A stretch of 39,081 nucleotides of DNA from a virus. Taxonomy: Duplodnaviria > Caudoviricetes. Below the pieces are notes generated by a model. The model was not told the origin of the DNA. It did no database searches and saw only the letters and a program-made list of their open reading frames with translations. The stretch is from positions 1 to 39,081 of IMG/VR virus record IMGVR_UViG_3300044477_000047; one strand, written 5' to 3'. How positions within the stretch are numbered: the first letter of the stretch is position 1; every line of letters begins with the position of its first letter. A program made the position numbers and the translations under genes. Shown one piece after another: positions 1 through 9,546 of the stretch.

Positions 1-127
1 TCTTTTCGGCAAAGAACTTCAACGAATGTCTTGATTCTATTCCAGTCCCTAACGCTCATGCACTTTGCCCCGTCAGTCTTTTCGTTAAGATCAGGCTCAA
101 GGTACGAAAGGAACTCTGATGCAGTCA
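1..127. repeat. 127-bp terminal direct repeat (copy 1); circular-assembly overlap
   Basis: 1-127 is identical to 38955-39081. A reading frame runs intact across the junction. Confidence 0.95.
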
Positions 128-275
128 TGTCACGCGTTCTCGTTATGTTCGAGTGCTCACAAATTGCCCCACCTTCGATTATACCGGCAACGCTGCATGT
201 TTCAACATCCGGAACCGTTGCTCTACATCCGTTAAGTAGCAGTGCCAAACTGAACAAAAGCACGAAGTTTTTCAC
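1..275 (-). CDS. Cys-rich lipoprotein in the lysis cassette (o-spanin-like candidate); 5' part, continues across the junction to 38921
   Basis: Not in the ORF track. AAGGAG RBS, then GTG at 275. Translates MKNFVLLFSLALLLNG/CRATVPDVETC...KCLYEVPK (102 aa) with lipobox LNG-C. Overlaps the 3' end of 232..609. Its TGA (38921-38923) overlaps the ATG of the next gene. Confidence 0.8.
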   Translation of the reverse strand, partial: MKNFVLLFSLALLLNGCRATVPDVETCSVAGIIEGGAICEHSNITRTRDMTASEFLSYLEPDLNEKTDGAKCMSVRDWNRIKTFVEVLCRK

Positions 276-609
276 GATATATCTCCTTCTGTTTAAGATA
301 CTGTTGTGAAGTAACACCGTATTTCAAAGCCGTGATTTTCAAAGACACTCCAGCACTGTCTAGTTCTTCCTGGTGGACTGCATTCACAAGTCGAATTGCC
401 CCGCAGTCTACAACAGTCCTGAAATTCTCAAAAATCGCGTCTCCGATTATGTCGATGAGCTTCTCTGTAATCTGATTGATAACCGGTAGCGCGAAAAAAG
501 GTACTTTCGCATTTAGGAAAACCTTTGCGGCTTCAACCGCTGCGTTCCATAGATCAGACTTGATTATGTTTTCAACTTCCGTCAGTGCCGGATAAGCAAC
601 TTCTGACAT
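232..609 (-). CDS. Lysis-cassette hypothetical protein (possible partner of the lipoprotein)
   Basis: 125-aa ORF with a GGGGG RBS-like tract. Lies between the endolysin and the lipoprotein and overlaps the latter. Confidence 0.6.
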   Translation of the reverse strand: MSEVAYPALTEVENIIKSDLWNAAVEAAKVFLNAKVPFFALPVINQITEKLIDIIGDAIFENFRTVVDCGAIRLVNAVHQEELDSAGVSLKITALKYGVTSQQYLKQKEIYREKLRAFVQFGTAT

Positions 610-618
610 GATGCCCCC

Positions 619-652
619 TAAAACGAAAAGAGGCGGGACACATGCCCCGCCC
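619..652 (-). terminator. Possible intrinsic terminator
   Basis: GGCGGG/CCCGCC hairpin (632-651) followed on the minus strand by CTTTTCGTTTT. Confidence 0.45.
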
Positions 653-684
653 CTGTGGAGTTTTCAAACCCACTCGGTTTGAAA

Positions 685-1083
685 TCACAATTTTTTGAGA
701 ATCTCCGCGATGACTCCGACAACAACATCATCGATCTTGTTGTCCGTACATGACGCAAGTTCTTCCGCAGTTGTGGCAACGTCACAAGAGAAAGAAACAT
801 CGGCGACTCCTGACACAATACTGACATTCACCTTCGAGATTTTGTGACCGTGAATAGTTCCAAGATCCTCTTCTGCTATCTCTTTCGTAAGACCTGACAG
901 CGCCTTCTTTGCAACGGCGGCAAGAGCGTCGTCAATCTTGTTTTCAGTCTTGCTTGCAAGACCTTCGAGCACGCTTCCAACTTCGCAATTTACTTCAACT
1001 TCCGACACGCCGTTAACAATCGAAATCACGCCAGTAACGATTGCAGCACCGTTCAAAGATCCTACTTTAAATTCCTTGGTCAT
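685..1083 (-). CDS. Hypothetical protein with internal duplication (LAS-T-NKIDD x2), lysis region
   Basis: GGAGG RBS. Two similar halves: LASKTENKIDDAL and LASCTDNKIDDVV. Confidence 0.7.
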   Translation of the reverse strand: MTKEFKVGSLNGAAIVTGVISIVNGVSEVEVNCEVGSVLEGLASKTENKIDDALAAVAKKALSGLTKEIAEEDLGTIHGHKISKVNVSIVSGVADVSFSCDVATTAEELASCTDNKIDDVVVGVIAEILKKL

Positions 1084-1133
1084 AGAGCCTCCTGTTAAAT
1101 GTTTTCGAGCAACGAGTTGACGTTAGCGCAGCA

Positions 1134-1496
1134 TCAGAACTGAGTCAATACCTGGAAGTGAACATGGTCGTGAACTCCCTGCCCTGAATAGTTCCCGCCG
1201 TCATTAAGTGCCGCCGTCAACATGTCCGGACGCGAAGGGTCATACGGAAATTCTCTATTTATAGCCGAGCAAAGTTGTTTGACTATTTCGAGTGGAATAT
1301 CTCTTATGCTCATGTCCGCTGCCCGCTTGTCTGCATGTATTCCGGAATCTCCGGCCTTCGGTCGTATGATTGATGTCCACGTTGCCTCGTAGCCGTGCTC
1401 TTTAAGAAAACAATCGACCGCAAACATCACCATTCCGAGTCTAGGAGATATTTCAAATATCATTTCAGGATTAGAGTGATTCCCCGCGAACTTCAT
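1134..1496 (-). CDS. Endolysin, peptidase M15/LAS-type Zn metallopeptidase
   Basis: Motifs TS-x-x-R, H-x6-D (IHADKRAAD) and HxH (HVH). ATG at 1496 overlaps the upstream stop (ATGA). Confidence 0.8.
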   Translation of the reverse strand: MKFAGNHSNPEMIFEISPRLGMVMFAVDCFLKEHGYEATWTSIIRPKAGDSGIHADKRAADMSIRDIPLEIVKQLCSAINREFPYDPSRPDMLTAALNDGGNYSGQGVHDHVHFQVLTQF

Positions 1497-1897
1497 ACGA
1501 TAACCCCCTTGTGAATGTTGAGGTAGTTCCCTGTCTGAGGACAATTGAATATTCCATAGCCGTCGTTTGAAATAGTCTCAGATTCAAAATCCGACATAAT
1601 GACGCCATGAAGACTCCGCATGTAAAGAGCGGTTCCGGCCATGTTGAAATAGAAACACCCGGCATAACCTCTGTTTGTTCCGGTGACTGCCGTTCTTTGT
1701 ACGTTCGCACCCCTGTTTACCTGTGCGCTGATCCTAGATGACAGTGCATCGCTTGCAGACTGAAGTGACGAAATCCTATCGGGAAAGTACATGCAGTTCT
1801 GAGAAAGCCTGCGGAACAACTCTTTTGCAGTAGACCCCCTGAACCGGCAATCCTCAGCGTAGATAATCGAATAACCTTCGTTCGTCATTGAACTCAT
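1493..1897 (-). CDS. Small tail-tip protein (third of three apparent paralogs)
   Basis: ATGA-coupled. N-terminus resembles those of 1894..2349 and 2346..2804. Confidence 0.6.
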   Translation of the reverse strand: MSSMTNEGYSIIYAEDCRFRGSTAKELFRRLSQNCMYFPDRISSLQSASDALSSRISAQVNRGANVQRTAVTGTNRGYAGCFYFNMAGTALYMRSLHGVIMSDFESETISNDGYGIFNCPQTGNYLNIHKGVIV

Positions 1898-2349
1898 ACT
1901 GTTTGCCCTCTGTACAGGTCTGTCAGTAGATCCCCTCCGCTTGTACCACAGAACAGGAACAATGCCGGTACGTCATCAAATGAAAGAGGCGCCGACCAGT
2001 CACCAGACAGTTTTGACAAAAGCGGCTCTTGCTCTGAGCACCGAAAAGCGGTTATTCCAATGAACCCGCCTCCGAACTCCATGAACCCGTGTGCAATGTG
2101 ACCATCTGAATAATCTACGCCTCCGATCTGAGCACCGGTCAGGTATCCAATCTGAAAGTTTATTCCACGTGAAGACCACGCTGAACAACGAGACGACTGT
2201 GAATCATCTTCTGCTTGGAGTTCTTCTACCCTGTCCTTGAAGTGGTTTTCTGCTGCGCCAAGTTTTTGAAGCAGATACTCGCTTCCAGGCTCTTTTGCCT
2301 CAACGTCCTGCGTGTAGAATGTTTTCGTTGATCCCGGAATGTACGTCAT
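1894..2349 (-). CDS. Small tail-tip protein (second paralog)
   Basis: Start reassigned to ATG 2349 (GGAGG RBS, ATGA overlap). Motif SEYLLQKLGAAENHFKDRV. Confidence 0.65.
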   Translation of the reverse strand: MTYIPGSTKTFYTQDVEAKEPGSEYLLQKLGAAENHFKDRVEELQAEDDSQSSRCSAWSSRGINFQIGYLTGAQIGGVDYSDGHIAHGFMEFGGGFIGITAFRCSEQEPLLSKLSGDWSAPLSFDDVPALFLFCGTSGGDLLTDLYRGQTV

Positions 2350-2804
2350 ACGATTGTCACCCTCCAGGCGCGAACGACCTGGTTGACCCGTCCGAAAACA
2401 AAGCAACGCTTTTCACCAAGTGGGATACCTGATTCGATCGTCCTCCTTGTCCCATCCATGAGAGTCAACCCGGATCCACCTGGGAAGCAAAGGCATAGTG
2501 TCGCAGTCCACGTTGACTCTCCTGGTGTGTAGGCGACGAACCACACTGGAACATGGTCTGTTGGTGCATCACCATAGAAGTCTCCGACATGAATGAACTT
2601 CGCGTTCGGATTCTTTGCCTCAATGGCAGAGATCAACGCAGATATTGCGGAATCGTTACTGGGTAAAACGGAATCAACCTGGTCCTGCAAATACTGCTGA
2701 TTTGCGCCGAGTTTGTTTACCATGTCTTCGGTCGGTGCTGCCTGTGCAAAAGTCTCTTCATACGTCACGCGGGAAAATGATGTTTTCGGTAGTGGTTCAC
2801 CCAT
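2346..2804 (-). CDS. Small tail-tip protein (first paralog)
   Basis: Follows the large tail-tip gene. Motif TEDMVNKLGANQQYLQDQV. Confidence 0.65.
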   Translation of the reverse strand: MGEPLPKTSFSRVTYEETFAQAAPTEDMVNKLGANQQYLQDQVDSVLPSNDSAISALISAIEAKNPNAKFIHVGDFYGDAPTDHVPVWFVAYTPGESTWTATLCLCFPGGSGLTLMDGTRRTIESGIPLGEKRCFVFGRVNQVVRAWRVTIV

Positions 2805-2808
2805 GATT

Positions 2809-5253
2809 TTAGATTATCCTGTAAGGAGCACCGCCGTCAACGTATCCGACAAGCTCGACAAGTTGTCCGGCCTCCGGAACGAATCCGATTTCAGTTTTAA
2901 GAGTTACGACGTTCCCAACAATAGTTGACACCTTTGATTCTACTGACTCGGTATTCCAGTCCAGTGATCGCACCATGACAACGGATCCCGGAATCAAGCC
3001 AGAAGCGTCGTCTACCTCGAAAACGCTCATGGATGACCCAGAAACGACTTTCAGAGTCGGGTTGACATAGAAGTAGACGTTTTTCGATAACGTCTCCTGA
3101 TCCCTGTCGGCGTCATAATACGGAGCAAGCCTGACAATATCTCCAGGTTCAGCATCAAGCGTCCCGGTAACGTAGAACCTTTCCTTCCTGGTTTCATCCT
3201 GAGACTTCAAAAAAACGATGGAATCTCGCGAGTAGTCTATAGAGAATACCCGTATCCTGTATCCGAGAAGCTTATTCCACTTCTTGTATTCAAAATCAGA
3301 ATATTTTTTACCGAATGATGGATCGATGTCAATGTAGTCGGACCCGACATATCTTATAACAGATGATGGTGAGATCACCGCGTATCTGTCCGTCAACTCG
3401 AACCCAGATTTCGATAGCAACTTCAACTGGACCTTTGCATCACGAACTCCAACATTTCTTTCAAGGATCTCCATAGGACGGTTTTTTATTTGTCGTGTTC
3501 CGTCGTCAGTGTTCGGTATCAGCAGGTGTCCGGTGTCGTTCAGAACAACAATATCACCAGCCTCGTGAAGATGTCCCCGGCCCCATGAAACAGAAAGCGA
3601 GATTTCCTCGCATCCGAATCTATACCGCTGCAGGAATCGGTACGCTCTTGCAGCTACAAGCGCAGGGCCTCCAAGGTGAGTTCTGAACCCTCTTGACGAA
3701 ATTGGAAGGGTCTTAACCTGAGACGCTCCGAACCTTGAAATAGACTCAGAATCATCACGGTAGTACATCGAGGTGAAATCCCCACGAATATGATCGTACT
3801 TGTAGAAAATCTCGTTGAAGAATCTCCGGTTGTTGAATCCTCTGTTAACCTCTATGTTTTGAGGGTCAACTATTGCATCGTCATCGATCACGTCAAGCGT
3901 ATCGACTGCAAGCGGAGGGTGAGTCAATCCCATGCTTCTGCGTCCGGATCGAGTCAGAGAGTAAGCACATATTGGTAGAAGCAATTCTTTTTCAATAAAT
4001 GTTTTCCCGTCGTTTTCTGTTTCGTCGATGCAGAAACCCATAACCTGAGAACCCAGAAAAGAATCACGCCAGTATTCAAACCTTGCAATATCAACATCAT
4101 CCGGAGTCATTCCAAGTCCGACATTCACCGGGTATGTGTCGTATTTAGAGCGGTGCGAAAGTAGCGCGTCTGTTTCAAGAGAATCAACAAGAATTCCGTG
4201 TGGACTCACGATGATTGTGTTTTCGTCGTAGATTTCCTCAACAGTGAATACCTGGCCAATTGTTGAAACCTTCACAAAGTCACCCACAACAATACCGTAT
4301 GAATCAACTGATTTTTTCAACCTGATCGAGTTATCAATTCGGTTCGGACTTACAAGACCAGTTAGTCCAATGTGCTGTATCTCTATTGTTTCTTTCCACC
4401 ACGTCCCAAGTCCGGACAGCATTGTTTTCAACGCAATGTTTATTGCTAGGTCTTCGATAACAATGCAATTCACAACCTCTTCACCTGAGTCATGTGAAGA
4501 CGCTACGTTCTTCACACCTCCATAATTTTGAAAAGCTGCCCTGGTGCAACCCGTGAGACTGTTCCCGGAAATCCCGGTATACTGAATGAATTCATCCCCA
4601 ATTCTTACTCCGAGCTTAACCGTTGCGTCAGTAACTCCAATCGCATTCGCTATCGACTCAAAGAATCCAGCGGTTGAAACAATTGGGATCATTGTTTCTG
4701 ATGAGTTAATTTCGGCACCAAGCTTCGATGACCGGCACACGAAGCACTGCGTCCTCTGCTTACCGGAAGGGTCTGAAAGATCGAAAATAACCTGACAAGG
4801 CTTTGCACGGACGTTCGTTATGTACCCACGGAACAGCTTCACATATTCATGAGGAAAAGAGATTTCAGAGAACCCACCCCAGAATTCAACCGTTTTCCCC
4901 ATGACATCATCAATTATGACTCCTGGTGAAATAAGTTTAGTCATCTCTCCAAGGTAGTCGATGACACAGATCTGCAAAGTTGATATCGTTGCTTTTCCCT
5001 GCTCCTGCTCGTGAACCTGATTTATTTTGTTCGTTGAATTTTGAAGATCGAAAATTGGAAGCTGTTTCTCTATCGGTCTTATTCCTCCATAGATGAAGCT
5101 CTGCCCATATTTCACGTTGTCACCGTACAGAAGCTTTGTTCCTATCTCCGTTGTTCCAAGTATGAACTCATACCCATCAATGACCATCACGTATGATGGA
5201 AACTTTACGGACTGATTATTGAAACTCTGGTACTTCTGCGGAGCGGGGATCAT
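2809..5253 (-). CDS. Large tail-tip / baseplate hub protein
   Basis: ~814-aa beta-rich ORF downstream of the TMP. Hub-like segments LFRGYITNV and HEAGDIVVL. ATG at 5253 overlaps the stop at 5250. Confidence 0.7.
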   Translation of the reverse strand: MIPAPQKYQSFNNQSVKFPSYVMVIDGYEFILGTTEIGTKLLYGDNVKYGQSFIYGGIRPIEKQLPIFDLQNSTNKINQVHEQEQGKATISTLQICVIDYLGEMTKLISPGVIIDDVMGKTVEFWGGFSEISFPHEYVKLFRGYITNVRAKPCQVIFDLSDPSGKQRTQCFVCRSSKLGAEINSSETMIPIVSTAGFFESIANAIGVTDATVKLGVRIGDEFIQYTGISGNSLTGCTRAAFQNYGGVKNVASSHDSGEEVVNCIVIEDLAINIALKTMLSGLGTWWKETIEIQHIGLTGLVSPNRIDNSIRLKKSVDSYGIVVGDFVKVSTIGQVFTVEEIYDENTIIVSPHGILVDSLETDALLSHRSKYDTYPVNVGLGMTPDDVDIARFEYWRDSFLGSQVMGFCIDETENDGKTFIEKELLLPICAYSLTRSGRRSMGLTHPPLAVDTLDVIDDDAIVDPQNIEVNRGFNNRRFFNEIFYKYDHIRGDFTSMYYRDDSESISRFGASQVKTLPISSRGFRTHLGGPALVAARAYRFLQRYRFGCEEISLSVSWGRGHLHEAGDIVVLNDTGHLLIPNTDDGTRQIKNRPMEILERNVGVRDAKVQLKLLSKSGFELTDRYAVISPSSVIRYVGSDYIDIDPSFGKKYSDFEYKKWNKLLGYRIRVFSIDYSRDSIVFLKSQDETRKERFYVTGTLDAEPGDIVRLAPYYDADRDQETLSKNVYFYVNPTLKVVSGSSMSVFEVDDASGLIPGSVVMVRSLDWNTESVESKVSTIVGNVVTLKTEIGFVPEAGQLVELVGYVDGGAPYRII

Positions 5254-5486
5254 TCGCACTCCCTGCGTGATGTTTTTGATAGATCATGGACGGAATCGGA
5301 TAGTGTCTTCACGTTTTCACTCAGCGCCCTTATTTCAACGGCAAGCGGTCTAGTTTCATTCTGTGCAGCTTCCTTTGCCTCACCTCGTACCCACGAAACA
5401 GATGCTACCGTTATCGTCACGGTCGTTATTACAGTTGCAACTAGTGAATACGTGATAACTTTTTTCGCTGTGCTCATTTGATTCAA
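5250..5486 (-). CDS. Small membrane protein (one TM plus coiled coil)
   Basis: Hydrophobic VITYSLVATVITTVTITVASVSWV followed by a heptad-like segment. Confidence 0.6.
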   Translation of the reverse strand: MNQMSTAKKVITYSLVATVITTVTITVASVSWVRGEAKEAAQNETRPLAVEIRALSENVKTLSDSVHDLSKTSRRECE

Positions 5487-5671
5487 ACCTTCTTTCCAGA
5501 ACCGCCAACAGGAGCGCGAAGCGTTGGAAGCCCATACTTATGAATCATGTTCCGCACCGAACGAATATGTAGACCGAGTATCTTCGCCATCTGCTTCCGG
5601 TTCCCGCAGCACTCCGCATACGCAGCCATGAACAGAAGGCGCTTCATTTCGGAGATGGTGGGAAATGTCAT
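5483..5671 (-). CDS. Fis-type helix-turn-helix protein
   Basis: GNRKQMAKILGLHIRSVRNMIHKYGL fits the Fis/HTH_8 pattern. ATG at 5671 is ATGA-coupled. Confidence 0.75.
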   Translation of the reverse strand: MTFPTISEMKRLLFMAAYAECCGNRKQMAKILGLHIRSVRNMIHKYGLPTLRAPVGGSGKKV

Positions 5672-7530
5672 TTCAGACAACTCCAATGGACGTTTGCTCG
5701 GTTGTCTGAAGCACCAACGCCTCCCGGTCCGACGCAATTAATTCTGGCAACAGTTGCCGACGGTTCTGCTATTGCCGCAAGGCACTCTCCAGAAGTTGCC
5801 TGATCTATCACAACTGGAACGGCGATTATTTTACCAGAGCACACCCCAGATGGAACATTTAGATCATATACACCACTACTCACTCGCGTTACAGAAACGC
5901 CCGTATCGGTTGACTCGACGACACGACATGGAGACGAGGTACAACCGGTAGACCACGCTCCCCCGTCGAAGTGCAACTGACCAAAGTGGGCGCGGGCGTT
6001 ATTCGACGTACCCCCAGTGCTAACGCTATTCGTGATGATCGGCTGTGGAACTGACTGGGTTATCTTCGTTACCGTGAAATCGACAACCGGAATCGCAGAA
6101 GCGATATCTATTGTGTCACCGGCTCCTTTGAACTGCCATCGGAAACTCGCCGGTATCCCCGGTGACCCATCAACAAGTCCGTTGCAATGTAGGTCTATTG
6201 GTCGGGCACCAGAATTTGTAACGACGTTATCCGCGTAACACACAACATCGCCATTCTGGTCTACCATTCTCCCATACACATGCTGTGCAGAGGCTGAACT
6301 ACTAACGGCGACTCGGGACGAAACCAAATACCTTTCCGTTGACAGTGGCGTCCACGTAATTCCCGGTAGAGTGTTTGCGCCTCCATAAACGGTAACGCCA
6401 GTAAGTCCAGACCCCTTTCTGGTGATTAGCGTGCAGCTTGTGTCCGTTGACGGGTCACCAAAGGTTGCGGATGACCTAGACCACGTGCAATCCTGATCGA
6501 GTGACCCGCTCCATGTCGCACTTTCCGACCCAACCGTCACCGTCGATTGAAGGCCATTTGATATCGGGATTAACGCGCGGAATCCGTGAACGAATGAGCT
6601 ACCGCTTGTGTCACCGTTGACCGGTACCAGATTGTTCAAAGACCCGCCAACACCCTCGTTACATGCAAACATTATCGACTTGTCATTCGTGTTTACGCAT
6701 ATCCCGACTTCATTATTAACAGCCGAAGGTGATACGTTCCAAGTAATCCGGCCTACAAGCTTCCCTGTGGCGATGTTTGCAACGTACCCGGATGGAAGGC
6801 TTATTGAATGCGCCGTCGCACTGACAGTTCCACTCGTGTAAGTCCCGATTATTTCAAGAGCCTGTCCAACTACCCTGTACAGAACATCTACGGAGGAAAT
6901 CGTCCCATGCCCCGTGACAGTCGGCGTATACGGAATCCAATCCGTCATTTGCTGCTGTGTTCCTACGTTTCGGTTTGCGCCGATGTACACGTCATCGAGC
7001 ACAACGGAGTTCGTCGACGACTTGTCCGGAATCACATATAGACGACCCGATCCTTTACCGATGAAAGTCAGAAGTGTCGATTTCAACTCGGACATGAACG
7101 TGTGTGAAGAAGGAGCAGGAGGGGTGAACGGATTCGACAGCGTAGCTCCTGATCCATCAGAAACGTGGATTTCGGCATTCGTTGACGTTGTGTCGTACCA
7201 TCCGGACACCTCGTTATTGTCCGATTTACTTGTGAACGACGTGTAGCACTTAGCTCCGGGTGTCGTTGAAGATACTTTGATTGAAGCCTTTCCTGTCCGT
7301 TTCAACGTTGTGTATTTTGTAGCCGTAGCTCCAGATTCGCAAACCCAGAAAGGTGAAACTCCAAGTTCCCCTCCGGGGTCTTTCATCACGTTTTCAATTC
7401 CGATAGCCGCCGTATCTGCATCTGTTAGCGATCCAGCGTGTAGATCCTGATTCGCAATTATGAAAACGAACACGCAGAACGAAAAACAAAGAACGAGAAA
7501 CCCCAATAGATTGAGAATAATCTTTTTCAT
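5668..7530 (-). CDS. Tail fibre / receptor-binding-like protein with N-terminal signal peptide or anchor
   Basis: Start at ATG 7530 (ATGA overlap, GGAGG RBS). N-terminus MKKIILNLLGFLVLCFSFCVFVFIIA. Fibre-like segments DWIPYTPTVTG and YRVVGQALEI. Many Cys. Confidence 0.7.
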   Translation of the reverse strand: MKKIILNLLGFLVLCFSFCVFVFIIANQDLHAGSLTDADTAAIGIENVMKDPGGELGVSPFWVCESGATATKYTTLKRTGKASIKVSSTTPGAKCYTSFTSKSDNNEVSGWYDTTSTNAEIHVSDGSGATLSNPFTPPAPSSHTFMSELKSTLLTFIGKGSGRLYVIPDKSSTNSVVLDDVYIGANRNVGTQQQMTDWIPYTPTVTGHGTISSVDVLYRVVGQALEIIGTYTSGTVSATAHSISLPSGYVANIATGKLVGRITWNVSPSAVNNEVGICVNTNDKSIMFACNEGVGGSLNNLVPVNGDTSGSSFVHGFRALIPISNGLQSTVTVGSESATWSGSLDQDCTWSRSSATFGDPSTDTSCTLITRKGSGLTGVTVYGGANTLPGITWTPLSTERYLVSSRVAVSSSASAQHVYGRMVDQNGDVVCYADNVVTNSGARPIDLHCNGLVDGSPGIPASFRWQFKGAGDTIDIASAIPVVDFTVTKITQSVPQPIITNSVSTGGTSNNARAHFGQLHFDGGAWSTGCTSSPCRVVESTDTGVSVTRVSSGVYDLNVPSGVCSGKIIAVPVVIDQATSGECLAAIAEPSATVARINCVGPGGVGASDNRANVHWSCLK

Positions 7531-8774
7531 ATCGTCGTAACCTCCGTGGTATCCGGAATTATCGCGCACCTTCCGGAGTTTGTAAAATTGGCATCATCCG
7601 TCGTTATTTCAGCGATGAGAAGATCACCCGGAGAGACGGACCGGCCTCCGATTGCTCCGCTTGAATCGGACAGAGCGATCACAACCGGCATGAACGCGCC
7701 GATGTTTGAAATAGTTGCAGCTACAAGCGATGAGTTTTCGTGTGTTGTATCGCCCACGCTCTCACCTGAACGAATGCACCGTGTCGTTGATGATAAGGCC
7801 ACATCACCGGTTGTTGTGTCTCCAGTTATCCCAAACATAGCCGAAATCGGCTTTCCTGCCTTGTATGTTGACGGTACACGGAAAGATGCAGTCACCTTTT
7901 GTCCAGCACCTTTTGTCAGGTAGAATGCGCGAAGTCCGAAAAGCGTTTCTTCTTCTGCCGTAGCGTCTCCGTCGTTTCTCCACGATAGAGAAGTGCCTCC
8001 ACCCGACCCGGATCCTGATCCACCACCTCCGCGCTCCATCTCCCGACTCACCACGTTTTCATATACGGGTCGATCGGACTCTGAGTAGAGCCTTGGGTAT
8101 ATCACCTTGATCGTCGTTGAATCCTCGAACGAATAGGCAGTCTGTACGCCATTAACCATGCTGAAAAACGATAGCGTCCAAGTCCCTACTATCCCGCCTG
8201 AGTTCGTGACCCGTCCATATACTTCGTTACCGGATTCATCCTGGATTATTTTCCCAAATTCATCAGACAGGATTGCTTTGTTATATGGGTCTGTAACGAT
8301 TACGCCGCGTGAAGTTGACCCAGATGAAACGGCCTGTCCGGATAGGACTGATGAAATGTCGATCGATTCACCGATTGCCGATTGATTGGCAATCTTCGAG
8401 TAGGAAAGTACAAGCTGAACTCCTTCAATGTTTTCGTATGGAATGTTTGGAGAATCTTCACCGTCATGATTGTGACCATTTGTCGTGTTAAACTGAGCAG
8501 TCAACGCTTCGCTTCTGTCTTTCAGGCTGTCTGTAGGGTCTCCAACATCGTCGTTTTCCCATACCGGAGTTGCATCGAAATCGGAGTCAGCTTCCCTACC
8601 GGTGAATGAATTCTGTCCGTTTATTTCTTTCTGGGTGTTTTCAACTTCTGGTCCACTTCCAGAATCCGTGTTCTGCAAAGACACAACGCCAGTTGTGAAC
8701 GTGTCGGCGTTCTTGTCCATGAATCCAGCATTGTCCGTTTCTGCATCAACTGGTTGACCGTTCGATATTGCCAC
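7527..8774 (-). CDS. Tail fibre / tail structural protein
   Basis: 415 aa in the tail module. GHNHDG motif, Gly/Ser linker, C-terminal beta domain (ASFRVPSTYKAG). Confidence 0.65.
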   Translation of the reverse strand: MAISNGQPVDAETDNAGFMDKNADTFTTGVVSLQNTDSGSGPEVENTQKEINGQNSFTGREADSDFDATPVWENDDVGDPTDSLKDRSEALTAQFNTTNGHNHDGEDSPNIPYENIEGVQLVLSYSKIANQSAIGESIDISSVLSGQAVSSGSTSRGVIVTDPYNKAILSDEFGKIIQDESGNEVYGRVTNSGGIVGTWTLSFFSMVNGVQTAYSFEDSTTIKVIYPRLYSESDRPVYENVVSREMERGGGGSGSGSGGGTSLSWRNDGDATAEEETLFGLRAFYLTKGAGQKVTASFRVPSTYKAGKPISAMFGITGDTTTGDVALSSTTRCIRSGESVGDTTHENSSLVAATISNIGAFMPVVIALSDSSGAIGGRSVSPGDLLIAEITTDDANFTNSGRCAIIPDTTEVTTI

Positions 8775-8775
8775 A

Positions 8776-9546
8776 TCACACCCCCGATATAGATTTGACT
8801 ACTCGCATTCGCAACAGACCAGTATCCCAGTGATTCGGCAAACCAAGACCGAGCATTTCAGAAAGTTCAAACGCCATTCCGTTTGAATCAGCCGGAGTCT
8901 TGTCGAGAGTCACGTTGTAGAATATTTCCGGGTTTGTTATCTCCGGAGTTATTTCAAACTTTTTCTGCTGCGTTGCCCACTTCATCCATGATTGCAGAAG
9001 TGTTTTTGTACGACAATATTTGAACTGGATTTCGACGAACTGTTGAACGCCGAAAACAATTGCCTCTTTGACTCCGGATGCGGAAACGGTTCTTACGCCG
9101 TCCTGTTTCACTAGGTCGTCTGGTCCACGGTAGTTATATCCGATTCGCTCTGGTACGTATGCGGTTCCCGTTGATGCGCTTCCCTGATACGAAACTGACC
9201 CAGTTTTGTCCGTTGCCGTGAATCCGATGACGCCGGCAATGGAGTTCCCGGCTCTCGAACCAGATGCGAATAGGATCGATAGGAACACTCCTGAACTTGC
9301 GATCGTGACTCGGTTGTAGAGTCCACCGCCGATTGTTCTATCTGCTGTGACTGTGTATTCATTGTCTTCGTCAACCTCCTGCATTGCTCTTGAAATCTCA
9401 GACATGAGGGACGTTAAAGAATAATATCCCTGCCTAATACTTGCTTTAAGTTCCGGACCTCCGGATACGGCCTTGAAGTCAATCGCAGTGTGATATTGAT
9501 CAACCTCGATGCCGAACAAGATAAGAGTTTTCGATGTTAGCGCCAT
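8776..9546 (-). CDS. Distal tail (Dit-position) protein
   Basis: 256-aa gene immediately after the tape measure gene; assigned by synteny. Confidence 0.6.
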   Translation of the reverse strand: MALTSKTLILFGIEVDQYHTAIDFKAVSGGPELKASIRQGYYSLTSLMSEISRAMQEVDEDNEYTVTADRTIGGGLYNRVTIASSGVFLSILFASGSRAGNSIAGVIGFTATDKTGSVSYQGSASTGTAYVPERIGYNYRGPDDLVKQDGVRTVSASGVKEAIVFGVQQFVEIQFKYCRTKTLLQSWMKWATQQKKFEITPEITNPEIFYNVTLDKTPADSNGMAFELSEMLGLGLPNHWDTGLLRMRVVKSISGV

